A program made the position numbers and the translations under genes. 64,000 nt of DNA, taken from IMG/VR virus record IMGVR_UViG_3300022602_000037; one strand, written 5' to 3'. Each line of letters starts with the position of its first letter. Within the stretch, counting starts at the first letter, position 1. The DNA is from a virus. Below, in pieces: positions 36,813 through 45,936 of this stretch. The notes beneath the pieces were generated by a model. The model had not been told where the DNA came from and made no database searches. It worked only from the letters and a program-made list of their open reading frames with translations.

Positions 36813-37689
36813 TTTAGTTATAGGTATGGGCATTGGTAATTTATATGCTAAAGTGTTATCCGAATTAGGTCACGGTGTTGTCACAGTGGATAGCGACCCC
36901 GCCAAAGGAGCAGACTTCGAAACAGTCGATGCGGCCATTGTAGCATGCCATATGTTTGATACTGTACATATTTGTACTCCTAATTTTACACATTTTGATA
37001 TTGCTACTAAAGTTGCTAAATGTTCTAATATAGTGTTCATTGAAAAACCAGGTGTTAGTACTAGTAACATATGGTATACATTAGTTAAGACATTTCCAAA
37101 TACACGCTTTATGATGGTAAAGAACAATCAATGGCGCAGTAATTTTTCAGAAATCAAACAAATGGCAGATCGGGCAAAAACTATTAATCTTCGTTGGATT
37201 AATAAAGATCGAATACCTAGTCCAGGAAGTTGGTTTACTACAAAAAAATTAGCATTTGGTGGAGTTAGTAGAGATCTAATGCCGCATTTATTAAGTTGGA
37301 TGACTAAATTAGATCCAAACTATAAAAATTCAGAAAGATTACTGCAAACACATCATCAACGTTGGAAATTAGAAGATTTGCTTACTACAGACTATGGTAC
37401 TGTAAATCCTAATGGTACATATGATGTAGACGATTTTTATTATTTAGAATATAAAACCAATAATAAACGTTGGTTATTGACTGCCGATTGGCGTAGTGTA
37501 GGCGATGAAAGGATACATATTCAATTTATATACCCTGAAGATGATTACGATATTGTTCCTTTAGGTTTATGCCCAGAAGATGCATATAAAAGTATGATCG
37601 AAGACGCTATTGCAAACCTAAATAATAATGAGTTCTGGAATAATCAATTAGAACAAGATTTGTGGATACACGAACAAATATCAATATGA
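36802..37689 (+). CDS. Gfo/Idh/MocA-family NAD(P) oxidoreductase
   Basis: VIGMGIG, ICTPNFTH, FIEKP, GGVSRDLMPH motifs. Confidence 0.85.
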   Translation: MKTSLVIGMGIGNLYAKVLSELGHGVVTVDSDPAKGADFETVDAAIVACHMFDTVHICTPNFTHFDIATKVAKCSNIVFIEKPGVSTSNIWYTLVKTFPNTRFMMVKNNQWRSNFSEIKQMADRAKTINLRWINKDRIPSPGSWFTTKKLAFGGVSRDLMPHLLSWMTKLDPNYKNSERLLQTHHQRWKLEDLLTTDYGTVNPNGTYDVDDFYYLEYKTNNKRWLLTADWRSVGDERIHIQFIYPEDDYDIVPLGLCPEDAYKSMIEDAIANLNNNEFWNNQLEQDLWIHEQISI

Positions 37690-38591
37690 AAGTAAAATGT
37701 TTACAAACTCAAGGTCGAGGCTACTTTGAAGAAGTAGATTACGAAATTGGACCATGGGCACAAGATAGTATATATGTTCGTGCTGTTATGACAGGTGTTT
37801 GCCGTAGCGACATAGATATGATGATGGGAGAATTTGGACCATTACCCTTACACATGCAGGGCCATGAAGGTATTGGGCAGGTTATGACAGTAGGAGCAAA
37901 TTGTAACGATGTTCAAGTAGGTGATTATGTTGCTACACGTGGCGAACCTGCTTATGCTGATCAATATACTGTACGCAAAGATGAATATGTAAAGATTCCA
38001 GAAGCACATCCTCGCTATATTTTAGAACCAGTAGCTTGTGGTATCAATCTTATCAATCAGGCTAAAACATATTTCCAAGACCGTCAGGGTAGAAATGAAA
38101 ACAACAGAGTACTAATCCTGGGTAGCGGATTCTTAGCATGGGTGGCTTATCATACCTTACGTCTAAATGGTTATATCTTTCATGTAGATGTATTAGGGCA
38201 TAGTAACAAAGAATTATGGAATGATCGATTGTTGCCAAGTACTATCGAAAACTATGATATTGTTATCGATCTAAGTGGCAATTACGAATTAGGCACACAG
38301 ATTAACCTAAATAACAATGCGGTCATTATCGATGGCGTTGGTAAGGCAGTATCAAAACAAGAAGCACAGCAACAACTTTGGAAGGCTGTTACTACTATTA
38401 AACCGAGTCCACGTAATCCTGAGTTCATAGATTGTATGCGCATGGCCAAGTATTGGATTGAAAACGGTTATCTCGAGGTTGATCATTTCTGGACAAGATC
38501 ATATAATCGTACTACAGAATGGCAACAAGCGTTTGCGGACGGCGCTAATCGTCCGAGTGGTTACAGCAGAGGCTATATCAAATGGGATTAA
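37686..38591 (+). CDS. Zn-dependent (MDR) alcohol/sugar dehydrogenase
   Basis: Start ATG 37686. GVCRSD, GHEG, VQVGDYV, LEPVAC, ILGSGFLA. Confidence 0.85.
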   Translation: MKVKCLQTQGRGYFEEVDYEIGPWAQDSIYVRAVMTGVCRSDIDMMMGEFGPLPLHMQGHEGIGQVMTVGANCNDVQVGDYVATRGEPAYADQYTVRKDEYVKIPEAHPRYILEPVACGINLINQAKTYFQDRQGRNENNRVLILGSGFLAWVAYHTLRLNGYIFHVDVLGHSNKELWNDRLLPSTIENYDIVIDLSGNYELGTQINLNNNAVIIDGVGKAVSKQEAQQQLWKAVTTIKPSPRNPEFIDCMRMAKYWIENGYLEVDHFWTRSYNRTTEWQQAFADGANRPSGYSRGYIKWD

Positions 38592-39121
38592 ACACTGAAG
38601 AAAGACAAGGTGTTACGTACTTTACAGGCTACGAAGTTGAACATACAGTTTGTCATGGTATGTACACACTATTTGTAGTTGGTACACCGCCAGTTGAAGA
38701 TATACTCCGTATTGCCGATGATAGTCAGGCCCTTTTAGACGAGTCTAAACGCATTAAACATATCTACTTTGGTACTAGTCAAAGTTTCAATCCTTTAAGT
38801 ATCACACACGACCAATACAAACGCTGGGATGATGTTATTATTCCATGCCTAAAGAAAGACTACTGGGTTACATTAGACTTTGATGTTGCTCATGTAGAAG
38901 GAGTACTTGAATCTTGCTATTGTGAATATCCAAGATTCGTACCAATGATTAGCTGTAAGATTCCTTACATCAATCAACTTAACTATAACGCCACACTTAA
39001 ACTAGATGATCTTACTTGGGGTAAGACTAATCCGGGTGTGTGGACACATCAACTACATGATCTAATGAGTAAGGACAAGTATACTTATTGGGATCAATAT
39101 ACACAAGATACACCAACATGA
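38582..39121 (+). CDS. Hypothetical protein inside the modification cluster
   Basis: 179 aa, overlapping-coupled on both sides. Confidence 0.7.
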   Translation: MGLNTEERQGVTYFTGYEVEHTVCHGMYTLFVVGTPPVEDILRIADDSQALLDESKRIKHIYFGTSQSFNPLSITHDQYKRWDDVIIPCLKKDYWVTLDFDVAHVEGVLESCYCEYPRFVPMISCKIPYINQLNYNATLKLDDLTWGKTNPGVWTHQLHDLMSKDKYTYWDQYTQDTPT

Positions 39122-39507
39122 TTATTAGACAAGACGTTCGACCAAACAAGATGATCTGGGTCACCTTCCAAAAAGAAGGCATCCATGCCTATCCAGCGGC
39201 CGCAACTGATCCAAACTTAGCAACAGGAGATGAATATGATGTATCGTTTTTGGCTACTCCTCATCGCCATATATTCCATTTTCGCGTTTGGCTTTCAGTT
39301 ACCCACAACGACCGTGATGTCGAATTCATCCAGTTCAAACGCTGGTTGGAAAATTTATACAAAGACAGTATACTAAAACTAGATTATAAAAGTTGCGAGA
39401 TGATGTCAGATGATTTATATGACATGATTTCACAAAAGTATCCCAACCGTGAGGTTTGGATTGAGGTCTCCGAAGACGGAGAAAATGGTTCATTTATTAA
39501 ATATTAA
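39118..39507 (+). CDS. QueD-like T-fold enzyme (6-carboxytetrahydropterin synthase family)
   Basis: Start ATG 39118. EGIH, PHRHIFH, DRDVEF, SCEM, VSEDGENG pattern of phage QueD-like proteins. Context with folE, queE and dpdA. Confidence 0.65.
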   Translation: MIIRQDVRPNKMIWVTFQKEGIHAYPAAATDPNLATGDEYDVSFLATPHRHIFHFRVWLSVTHNDRDVEFIQFKRWLENLYKDSILKLDYKSCEMMSDDLYDMISQKYPNREVWIEVSEDGENGSFIKY

Positions 39508-39518
39508 GGAAAGCTATA

Positions 39519-39776
39519 ATGGCTAAGAACTACAAGGACATTAATTATTTAGAAACCCGTCCTGATATCGTTAAGATCTTTGATGATCTAGAGGCATTCC
39601 ATAATTGGTGCCGTTTGGAACTTTGTGAGTTCAACCCAGCCCATCTTTATAATAGAGAAAGCTGGCAGTGGCGTAATTTTGATAAGACCCGCCGTCCTAA
39701 GAAACCTGGAAATGGTGAGCGCAAACCTTACTTAGGCAAGAATCCTCGTCCTTACAATGAACGTATTTCTAATTGA
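39519..39776 (+). CDS. Hypothetical protein
   Basis: 85 aa, SD AAGGA. Confidence 0.65.
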   Translation: MAKNYKDINYLETRPDIVKIFDDLEAFHNWCRLELCEFNPAHLYNRESWQWRNFDKTRRPKKPGNGERKPYLGKNPRPYNERISN

Positions 39777-40848
39777 TCTAGAAGCAGTAGAAACAAGGTA
39801 CACTGGCGAATGGAAGCGCCATGTACCTGCTCTCTTACGAAAGGCAAGACACAATGTTCAAGTTATATCTGGGCCTACGGATATTCCTACAGCCACTACT
39901 CCTGGTGCTTTTCTTAATTTTGGCGGCACCAATATCTATAAGTCTAGCCAAGTGGAACAAATGGGGCGCCTATTTTGCTCCGGATCAGTACAGCCTGGCG
40001 ATCACTTCTTGTTTACCGATGCTTGGCATCCTGGCATCATAAACTTAAAGTACATGAGTGAACTACTAGGCATCCCAGTAACAACACACGGACTATGGCA
40101 TGCCGGTAGTTATGATCCCCAAGATTTCTTAGGACGACTAGTTGGTAACAAACCCTGGGTACGTCATGCTGAGAAAAGTTTTTTTGCGGCATTTGATCAC
40201 AATTACTTTGCTACCCAATTCCATATTGATATGTTCCATCATAATTTATTAAATGATGGCATGGTTGAAAATCCTTGGGAGGAAGAAGACAAAGCAGACA
40301 TGATTGGAGATAAGAAGTATGTTCGCACAGGTTGGCCCATGGAGTATATGGACGATACATTAACCATGTATAAGAATATGCCCAAGCGTGACTTAATTCT
40401 TTTTCCGCATCGCATAGCACCCGAGAAGCAAGTTGAGATTTTTAGAGACTTAGCTACACACTTACCGCAGTATGAATTTGTAGTATGTCAGGATCAACAG
40501 CTAACAAAAAATGAATATCATAATTTGTTAGGCGAAGCAAAGATGGTGTTTAGTGCTAACTTACAAGAAACTTTAGGAATTAGTTGCTACGAAGGTGCAG
40601 TAGTTGATGCTATTCCCATGGTCCCGGATCGGTTGAGCTATACAGAAATGTATTATGATATGTTCAAGTATGACAGTAAATGGACTGAAAGCTATGATGC
40701 TTATACAGTATATCGTCCAGACTTATGTCGTGCTATCATGACACATATGGATTATTATTCTACGAGAATACCCCACATACGCAAACAAGCAAAGGATTTA
40801 CATGACAACTTCTTCAGCGCTACCGGACTACTCGATAACATCAAGTGA
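39757..40848 (+). CDS. GT-B glycosyltransferase (GT4-like; resembles GTDC1/DUF3524 type)
   Basis: LWHAG, ILFPHRIAPEKQ, ETLGISCYEG (E-x7-E), PDRLSYTEM. Confidence 0.8.
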   Translation: MNVFLIDLEAVETRYTGEWKRHVPALLRKARHNVQVISGPTDIPTATTPGAFLNFGGTNIYKSSQVEQMGRLFCSGSVQPGDHFLFTDAWHPGIINLKYMSELLGIPVTTHGLWHAGSYDPQDFLGRLVGNKPWVRHAEKSFFAAFDHNYFATQFHIDMFHHNLLNDGMVENPWEEEDKADMIGDKKYVRTGWPMEYMDDTLTMYKNMPKRDLILFPHRIAPEKQVEIFRDLATHLPQYEFVVCQDQQLTKNEYHNLLGEAKMVFSANLQETLGISCYEGAVVDAIPMVPDRLSYTEMYYDMFKYDSKWTESYDAYTVYRPDLCRAIMTHMDYYSTRIPHIRKQAKDLHDNFFSATGLLDNIK

Positions 40849-41221
40849 TACTATAACTATAAGTACATTAGATACAAGTACATTTGGTAATATCACTGTT
40901 AGTAATAATACCGGATCAAGTTATTATCACGGTGGCGGTGCTAGCACAAGTACCGTGACTATTGGTGGTATAACTGGCTATACGCTTGGCTCAGGCCTAA
41001 CTAGTAGCGGTACCATTAGCGTTGCTCCATTGACTGTAGATCAAATAACCAGTTTTACATTACCGGTAGATTGGCAAGATCGTTTTCCAGATTGGGATAA
41101 AGTTAAAAAAATGTGTGAAGAATATCCCGGATTAAAAATAGCATTTGAAAAATTCCAAACAACTTACAAACTAGTAGTAGATCATTATGATACTCCAGAA
41201 GATAAAAGACCTAAGCCTTAA
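40802..41221 (+). CDS. Hypothetical protein, Ser/Thr-rich N-terminus
   Basis: 139 aa with helical C-terminal CEEYPGLKIAFEKF. Confidence 0.6.
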   Translation: MTTSSALPDYSITSSDTITISTLDTSTFGNITVSNNTGSSYYHGGGASTSTVTIGGITGYTLGSGLTSSGTISVAPLTVDQITSFTLPVDWQDRFPDWDKVKKMCEEYPGLKIAFEKFQTTYKLVVDHYDTPEDKRPKP

Positions 41222-41681
41222 TTGGTTAGAACAACATGATCGCAAACGTGTTATCATGGATCGTATATGCAACGAGCCATACCTTGAACGCTACTACATC
41301 TTTCTAAAAGATCGTAAACGTTTTCCCTTTAATATATTTTTACATAAATTCTTAAAAGGTGATCCAGACGATGTACATGATCATCCATGGCCATACGCTA
41401 CTTTAATTCTTAAAGGCGGCTACTATGAATGGATTCCGCAATTCAATGCCGACGGAACAAAATCGTGCGAAGTTAGGAAATGGCGAGGTCCGGGACACTT
41501 CCGTATTTGCAAACCAACAAGTTATCATCGTATTGAATTAAAAGAAGGTGTTACTGCATGGACATTGTTTATGCCAGGGCCACAACGCCGTGAATGGGGA
41601 TTCCTTGTTAATAACAAGTGGATCCACAATGATGAATATTTAACAGATAGAAAGAATGGCTTACTTCCCAACACCAATTAA
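41187..41681 (+). CDS. Cupin-fold protein
   Basis: LHKF..GDPDDVHDHPW, ILKGGYYE, YHRIEL, WTLF, REWGF metal-binding cupin motifs. Confidence 0.7.
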   Translation: MILQKIKDLSLNWLEQHDRKRVIMDRICNEPYLERYYIFLKDRKRFPFNIFLHKFLKGDPDDVHDHPWPYATLILKGGYYEWIPQFNADGTKSCEVRKWRGPGHFRICKPTSYHRIELKEGVTAWTLFMPGPQRREWGFLVNNKWIHNDEYLTDRKNGLLPNTN

Positions 41682-42051
41682 CACATCAACAGCTAATCAC
41701 GCTGTTCCTGTTCCGACTAATACTACCGTACCAAATGGTGGTTACATAACATCGACTGGAACTAATACTGTCTGGACTACTGGTACTAGTGTCGCCAATC
41801 CTTATGACGCGGTAATGGTTTTCAACCAAGGTGACCCTCCTCAATTAGACGTTAAAGGTCGAATGGTTATTAATGGACGCGATTTAGAAGAACGGTTGAA
41901 TACAATAGAAAAAGTCTTGAATATTCCAGAAAGAGATGTTATACTAGAACATAAACATCCAAAGCTCAAAGAACTGTACGATGCGTACATAAATGCTTTG
42001 GGCAAATATAGAACATTTGAAGCAATTAAAGGAGATGAAGATGCAAGTTGA
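41656..42051 (+). CDS. Hypothetical protein, Thr-rich N-terminus
   Basis: 131 aa with C-terminal KHPKLKELYDAY. Confidence 0.6.
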   Translation: MAYFPTPINTSTANHAVPVPTNTTVPNGGYITSTGTNTVWTTGTSVANPYDAVMVFNQGDPPQLDVKGRMVINGRDLEERLNTIEKVLNIPERDVILEHKHPKLKELYDAYINALGKYRTFEAIKGDEDAS

Positions 42052-42280
42052 ACAATTACACGAATCAGTTAAAGATACTTATAAAGAGATGGTTATTAAA
42101 GAACATGAAGGATTTCGCCTTGTGTTGAAAAAGCATGAAGTAATCAGTCCTAAAGGCCTATTTGCTCTCGATTTAGAACAACAACATTTGAAAGATGGCG
42201 AAATAGTTAACTCTTGTACTTACAATTTCTTTATGGATAAAGAAGAATTGCAAGTATTAGCCTCGGGTTTGACTGCATGA
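42041..42280 (+). CDS. Hypothetical protein
   Basis: Probable start ATG 42041 after GGAG. Confidence 0.55.
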   Translation: MQVEQLHESVKDTYKEMVIKEHEGFRLVLKKHEVISPKGLFALDLEQQHLKDGEIVNSCTYNFFMDKEELQVLASGLTA

Positions 42281-42777
42281 AGAAACTATATTATAGTTGG
42301 GCAGACATTGAAGGTGCTTGTTTAGATCTTGCTAGACAAATTAGACAAGATAACTGGCAACCCGATTATATTGTAGGGATTGGACGCGGTGGATTGATCC
42401 CTGCCACATTGTTAAGCCATTATATGGATGTACCTATGCAAACTTTAGATGTAAGTTTGCGTGATGGTGGTACTACTATCAGTAATGCCGGTATGGCAGA
42501 TGATGCTTACGAAGGTAAAAACATTCTTATTGTAGATGATATTAATGATCAAGGCAGTACCATTGCATGGATTAAAAAAGATTGGCGTAAAATGTCTTTA
42601 CCTAGTGCTATACGTTGGGATAATGATATCTGGGGTAAGACTGTTCGATTTGCTGTATTAACAGATAACTTTGCTAGTAATAGCGAATCGGATTATCATG
42701 TTTGGGAAGTTAATAAAATAGAAGAAGATTGCTGGTTGGTTTATCCTTGGGAGGAGTATTGGAAATGGCGTCGTTAA
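42277..42777 (+). CDS. Type I purine phosphoribosyltransferase (Gpt-like)
   Basis: IVGIGRGGLIPA, PRPP loop ILIVDDINDQGST, C-terminal WLVYPWE. Confidence 0.85.
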   Translation: MKKLYYSWADIEGACLDLARQIRQDNWQPDYIVGIGRGGLIPATLLSHYMDVPMQTLDVSLRDGGTTISNAGMADDAYEGKNILIVDDINDQGSTIAWIKKDWRKMSLPSAIRWDNDIWGKTVRFAVLTDNFASNSESDYHVWEVNKIEEDCWLVYPWEEYWKWRR

Positions 42778-42965
42778 CAGGAAGTATCGTTAAACTTATC
42801 TTTGGTATTGCATTAATATTAATTGCAGTTATATTTGGTCCAATAGTGGGTATTTGGAGTTTGAACACTTTGTTCCCAGTGTTAAATATTCCATTTACTT
42901 GGCAGACTTGGTTAGCCTTTAATTGTTTATTTGGTGGCACTATTGCTAGTAGGTTAAAAAAATGA
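42765..42965 (+). CDS. Small membrane protein
   Basis: Two hydrophobic segments, GGAGGAG SD. Confidence 0.6.
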   Translation: MASLTGSIVKLIFGIALILIAVIFGPIVGIWSLNTLFPVLNIPFTWQTWLAFNCLFGGTIASRLKK

Positions 42966-43141
42966 GTTTGACTGTACAAGAAATCAAAGAAAAAATCGAT
43001 ATGGTTAATAAAGATATTGAAAACCTTCGATCCGATGTAGGTAATGATCGTAAAATATCTATACTAGTCGACTATATCGATTACTTAAAAGACGAATTGA
43101 AAGAGGCTCAAATTGCAGAACGATCTCATAAAGGCACTTGA
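42962..43141 (+). CDS. Small coiled-coil protein (not in ORF track)
   Basis: 59 aa MSLTVQEIKEKIDMVNKDIENL..., ATGA-coupled, fills the gap. Confidence 0.55.
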   Translation: MSLTVQEIKEKIDMVNKDIENLRSDVGNDRKISILVDYIDYLKDELKEAQIAERSHKGT

Positions 43142-43487
43142 TGAAAAAAGAGCACCATGGACAGAAATTGAATACAGAACTAAAGAGTTCTGGGTCTTCC
43201 GAGATGCATTTCCGGTTACCCAAGGGCATTTGTTATTTGTGCCTACCTACGAAAAATCTGAAAACTTATACGAGTGCTACAAGGCCGCATACAAATTTGG
43301 CTATGAAGGAGTTGAAACAGAAAAATGGGATGGGTTCAACATCGGACAAAATGTTGGGCAGACTGCTGGCCAAACAGTAATGTATCCTCATGTACATATG
43401 ATTCCAAGACGAAAAGGAGATATGGAAGATCCACGCGGTGGAGTTCGGCATGTTATTCCGTCAAAAGGAAATTATGAAAGAACTTAA
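43113..43487 (+). CDS. HIT-family nucleotide hydrolase
   Basis: FPVTQGHLLFVP, GFNIGQNVGQTAGQTVMYPHVHMIPR. Confidence 0.88.
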   Translation: MQNDLIKALDEKRAPWTEIEYRTKEFWVFRDAFPVTQGHLLFVPTYEKSENLYECYKAAYKFGYEGVETEKWDGFNIGQNVGQTAGQTVMYPHVHMIPRRKGDMEDPRGGVRHVIPSKGNYERT

Positions 43488-43686
43488 TTCTGTTTGGGAA
43501 ATTAGATTAAACTGGTATAATCAAGACAAGTATTGGTGGAACCAAGTTTGTGCAGATGTAGTTGAAGTATTTGGCCTTCCTGGAGACAGATTCACTAGTC
43601 ATCCACATGAAGACTGTATGTTGTTTCGATTCAGATCAAAAAAAGATTATAATTTATGCAAAATTCTACTATCAGACAAAATTTAG
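43474..43686 (+). CDS. Hypothetical protein
   Basis: Probable start ATG 43474 after AAGGA. Confidence 0.55.
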   Translation: MKELNSVWEIRLNWYNQDKYWWNQVCADVVEVFGLPGDRFTSHPHEDCMLFRFRSKKDYNLCKILLSDKI

Positions 43687-43874
43687 ATTTTATATTTGTT
43701 ATATTGGCAAGCCTAGCATTTATAGGATTTGTCCTGTATATGGCTATACACTATCCACATGTAACAGTTCGATATGATTGTTCAATATCTGAGATTTCAC
43801 CCGATTATCCTATTCAAGTTAAAGAAGCATGTAGACAACTTCGAGCAGGAAATATCTTGCTATCGCCTAAATAA
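43656..43874 (+). CDS. Small membrane protein
   Basis: One TM helix, then YDC...ISPDYP...ACR. Confidence 0.55.
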   Translation: MQNSTIRQNLDFIFVILASLAFIGFVLYMAIHYPHVTVRYDCSISEISPDYPIQVKEACRQLRAGNILLSPK

Positions 43875-43885
43875 ACCTATATAAT
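43857..43885 (+). promoter_or_regulatory. Sigma70-type promoter for folE
   Basis: TTGCTA 43857-43862, 17 nt, TATAAT 43880-43885. A CTAAATA late-like core lies in the spacer. Confidence 0.55.
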
Positions 43886-43903
43886 ACTAACATAGGAGTA
43901 ATA

Positions 43904-44674
43904 ATGACTGAATCTAGAACATACGAACACGAAAATATTCTTGCTGGCGCAGAACAGCAAGACGATGATGACAAAAATTATAAAGAATGTAATCTAGCGG
44001 ATGTTATCCGCTTTCAAATGAAACGACGAGGCAAGCGTTTTTGGGCCGGTGACAACATTAGCGAGTTTGTCGACGAAGAACAAAAAGAAGTCTTAATCGA
44101 AGAAGCTACTAAGGCTTTTGAAAAAGTTTTAGATGCATTGCTGATTGATCGCGAAACAGATCCTAATAGCAAAGGCACTGCCAGACGTCTTGCTAAAATG
44201 TATTTTAATGAAATAATGAGTGGTAGATATGACCCAGCACCAGACGCAACAGCATTTCCAAATGATTCGGCGGACCGCTACGAAGGTATGTTGGTTGTCC
44301 GCAGTGAGCTTCGCAGTATGTGTAGCCATCATCACCAACCCGTTACTGGCGTTGCTTATATTGGTATTATTGCGGCTGAGAAACTTATCGGCTTATCAAA
44401 GTACACAAGAATCGCACAGTGGTGTGCCCGACGTGGTACTCTCCAGGAGGAACTTTGTAATGACATTGCTAGGGAAATCCAAAAAGCAACAGAAGCAAGA
44501 GATTTAGGTGTGTATATTCAAATGACACACGGATGCTGTGAGAATCGTGGTATTATGGCCAAGAGTAGTTTGACACAAACTACAGTACTCAAAGGTGCGT
44601 TCAAAGACGACCACGGTACAAAGAAAGAATTTTTTGATAACATTAAAATGCAACAGGAATACGCTTCCAAATGA
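43904..44674 (+). CDS. folE: GTP cyclohydrolase I
   Basis: TARRLAKMY, SMCSHHHQP, IGLSKYTR, LQEE, HGCCENRG, TTVLKGAF. Confidence 0.93.
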   Translation: MTESRTYEHENILAGAEQQDDDDKNYKECNLADVIRFQMKRRGKRFWAGDNISEFVDEEQKEVLIEEATKAFEKVLDALLIDRETDPNSKGTARRLAKMYFNEIMSGRYDPAPDATAFPNDSADRYEGMLVVRSELRSMCSHHHQPVTGVAYIGIIAAEKLIGLSKYTRIAQWCARRGTLQEELCNDIAREIQKATEARDLGVYIQMTHGCCENRGIMAKSSLTQTTVLKGAFKDDHGTKKEFFDNIKMQQEYASK

Positions 44675-44877
44675 TCAAAAAAGTATTTGCGAGAATACTA
44701 AGTGAAGCGTTATACTACTTAGGACATTGGATTAGTTTTCCAATGCACTACTGCGATTGGGCATGGTTGTACCCTACTTATAGTAGAATAATGTGCTGGA
44801 GCAGTGATGTCCAGGAGTGGGCGGGGAATGAATTACCTTGGAGGAAAATTGATGACGAAGACAGCACAGCAAATTAG
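44671..44877 (+). CDS. Hypothetical protein
   Basis: 68 aa, coupled to folE. Confidence 0.5.
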   Translation: MIKKVFARILSEALYYLGHWISFPMHYCDWAWLYPTYSRIMCWSSDVQEWAGNELPWRKIDDEDSTAN

Positions 44878-45085
44878 TGATGAACTAATTTATCGTATGA
44901 AAACTACAAGCCTAAATAAGTTTGAGATTAAAAGAGAAGTTGGCCCTAACTGGTTGCCTGACGGAACTATTCCGTTTGATATTCGTGCTACTAAAGGCAT
45001 TGCTATTTTTACAGTATGGGCAGAAAGTGTTCAAGACGCAGAAGATCAAGTATCACAATTTTTAGAAAAAGACGAAGATGAGTAA
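44852..45085 (+). CDS. Hypothetical protein
   Basis: Probable start ATG 44852 after GGAGG. Confidence 0.55.
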   Translation: MTKTAQQISDELIYRMKTTSLNKFEIKREVGPNWLPDGTIPFDIRATKGIAIFTVWAESVQDAEDQVSQFLEKDEDE

Positions 45086-45935
45086 AATTAAAATCGCAGA
45101 ATTATTTTATAGTATACAAGGCGAAGGACGGTACATGGGCGTTCCTAGCGTGTTCCTTAGAACTTTCGGCTGTAATTTCCGCTGTGCGGGCTTTGGTATG
45201 CCACGCGGTGAACTGAGTACAGAAGCTGAAGACATTGCTACAGTAGTACATCTATATAACAAATATGAAGAACTTCCTTTGGTTAGTACAGGGTGTGATA
45301 GTTATGCTAGCTGGCATCCTAGTTTTAAAGATCTTAGTCCAATGCTTACTACAGGTGCCATAGCAGATCGTATTATGGAAATTCTTCCATATCATCAATG
45401 GCAAGACGAACATTTAGTTATTACAGGCGGAGAACCGTTGTTAGGTTGGCAACGTGCTTATCCTGACTTGTTAGATCATCCTAATATGCAGTCATTGAAA
45501 GAATTGACATTTGAAACAAACGGAACTCAAACGTTAACCGATGATTTTCAAAGGTATTTGTTAAACTGGCAAAAAAGCGAAGGACAGTTATATGCCAGAG
45601 ATGTTACATTTAGTGTTAGTGCTAAGTTAAGTAATAGTGGCGAAAAACGTGAAGATGCTATTCGCCCAGATGTATTGCTACAATATCAAGATGTAGGTTA
45701 TACATATCTTAAATTTGTAGTAGCAACAGAAGATGATGCATATGAAGCTATCGAAGTTATGGACATTTACAGACTTGCAGGATTTACAGGCGCAGTTTAT
45801 CTAATGCCAGTCGGCGGTGTCGAAAGTGTCTATGCATTAAACAATCGTCGTGTAGCAGAATTGGCTATGAAGGCAGGCTTACGCTACAGTGATCGACTAC
45901 AAGTGCCTTTATTTAAAAACGAATGGGGTACTTAA
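45078..45935 (+). CDS. queE: 7-carboxy-7-deazaguanine synthase (radical SAM)
   Basis: ELFYSIQGEG, VFLRTFGCNFRC...CDS, VITGGEP, FETNGT, SVSAKL, YLKFVV, YSDRLQ. Confidence 0.92.
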   Translation: MSKIKIAELFYSIQGEGRYMGVPSVFLRTFGCNFRCAGFGMPRGELSTEAEDIATVVHLYNKYEELPLVSTGCDSYASWHPSFKDLSPMLTTGAIADRIMEILPYHQWQDEHLVITGGEPLLGWQRAYPDLLDHPNMQSLKELTFETNGTQTLTDDFQRYLLNWQKSEGQLYARDVTFSVSAKLSNSGEKREDAIRPDVLLQYQDVGYTYLKFVVATEDDAYEAIEVMDIYRLAGFTGAVYLMPVGGVESVYALNNRRVAELAMKAGLRYSDRLQVPLFKNEWGT

Positions 45936-45936
45936 C

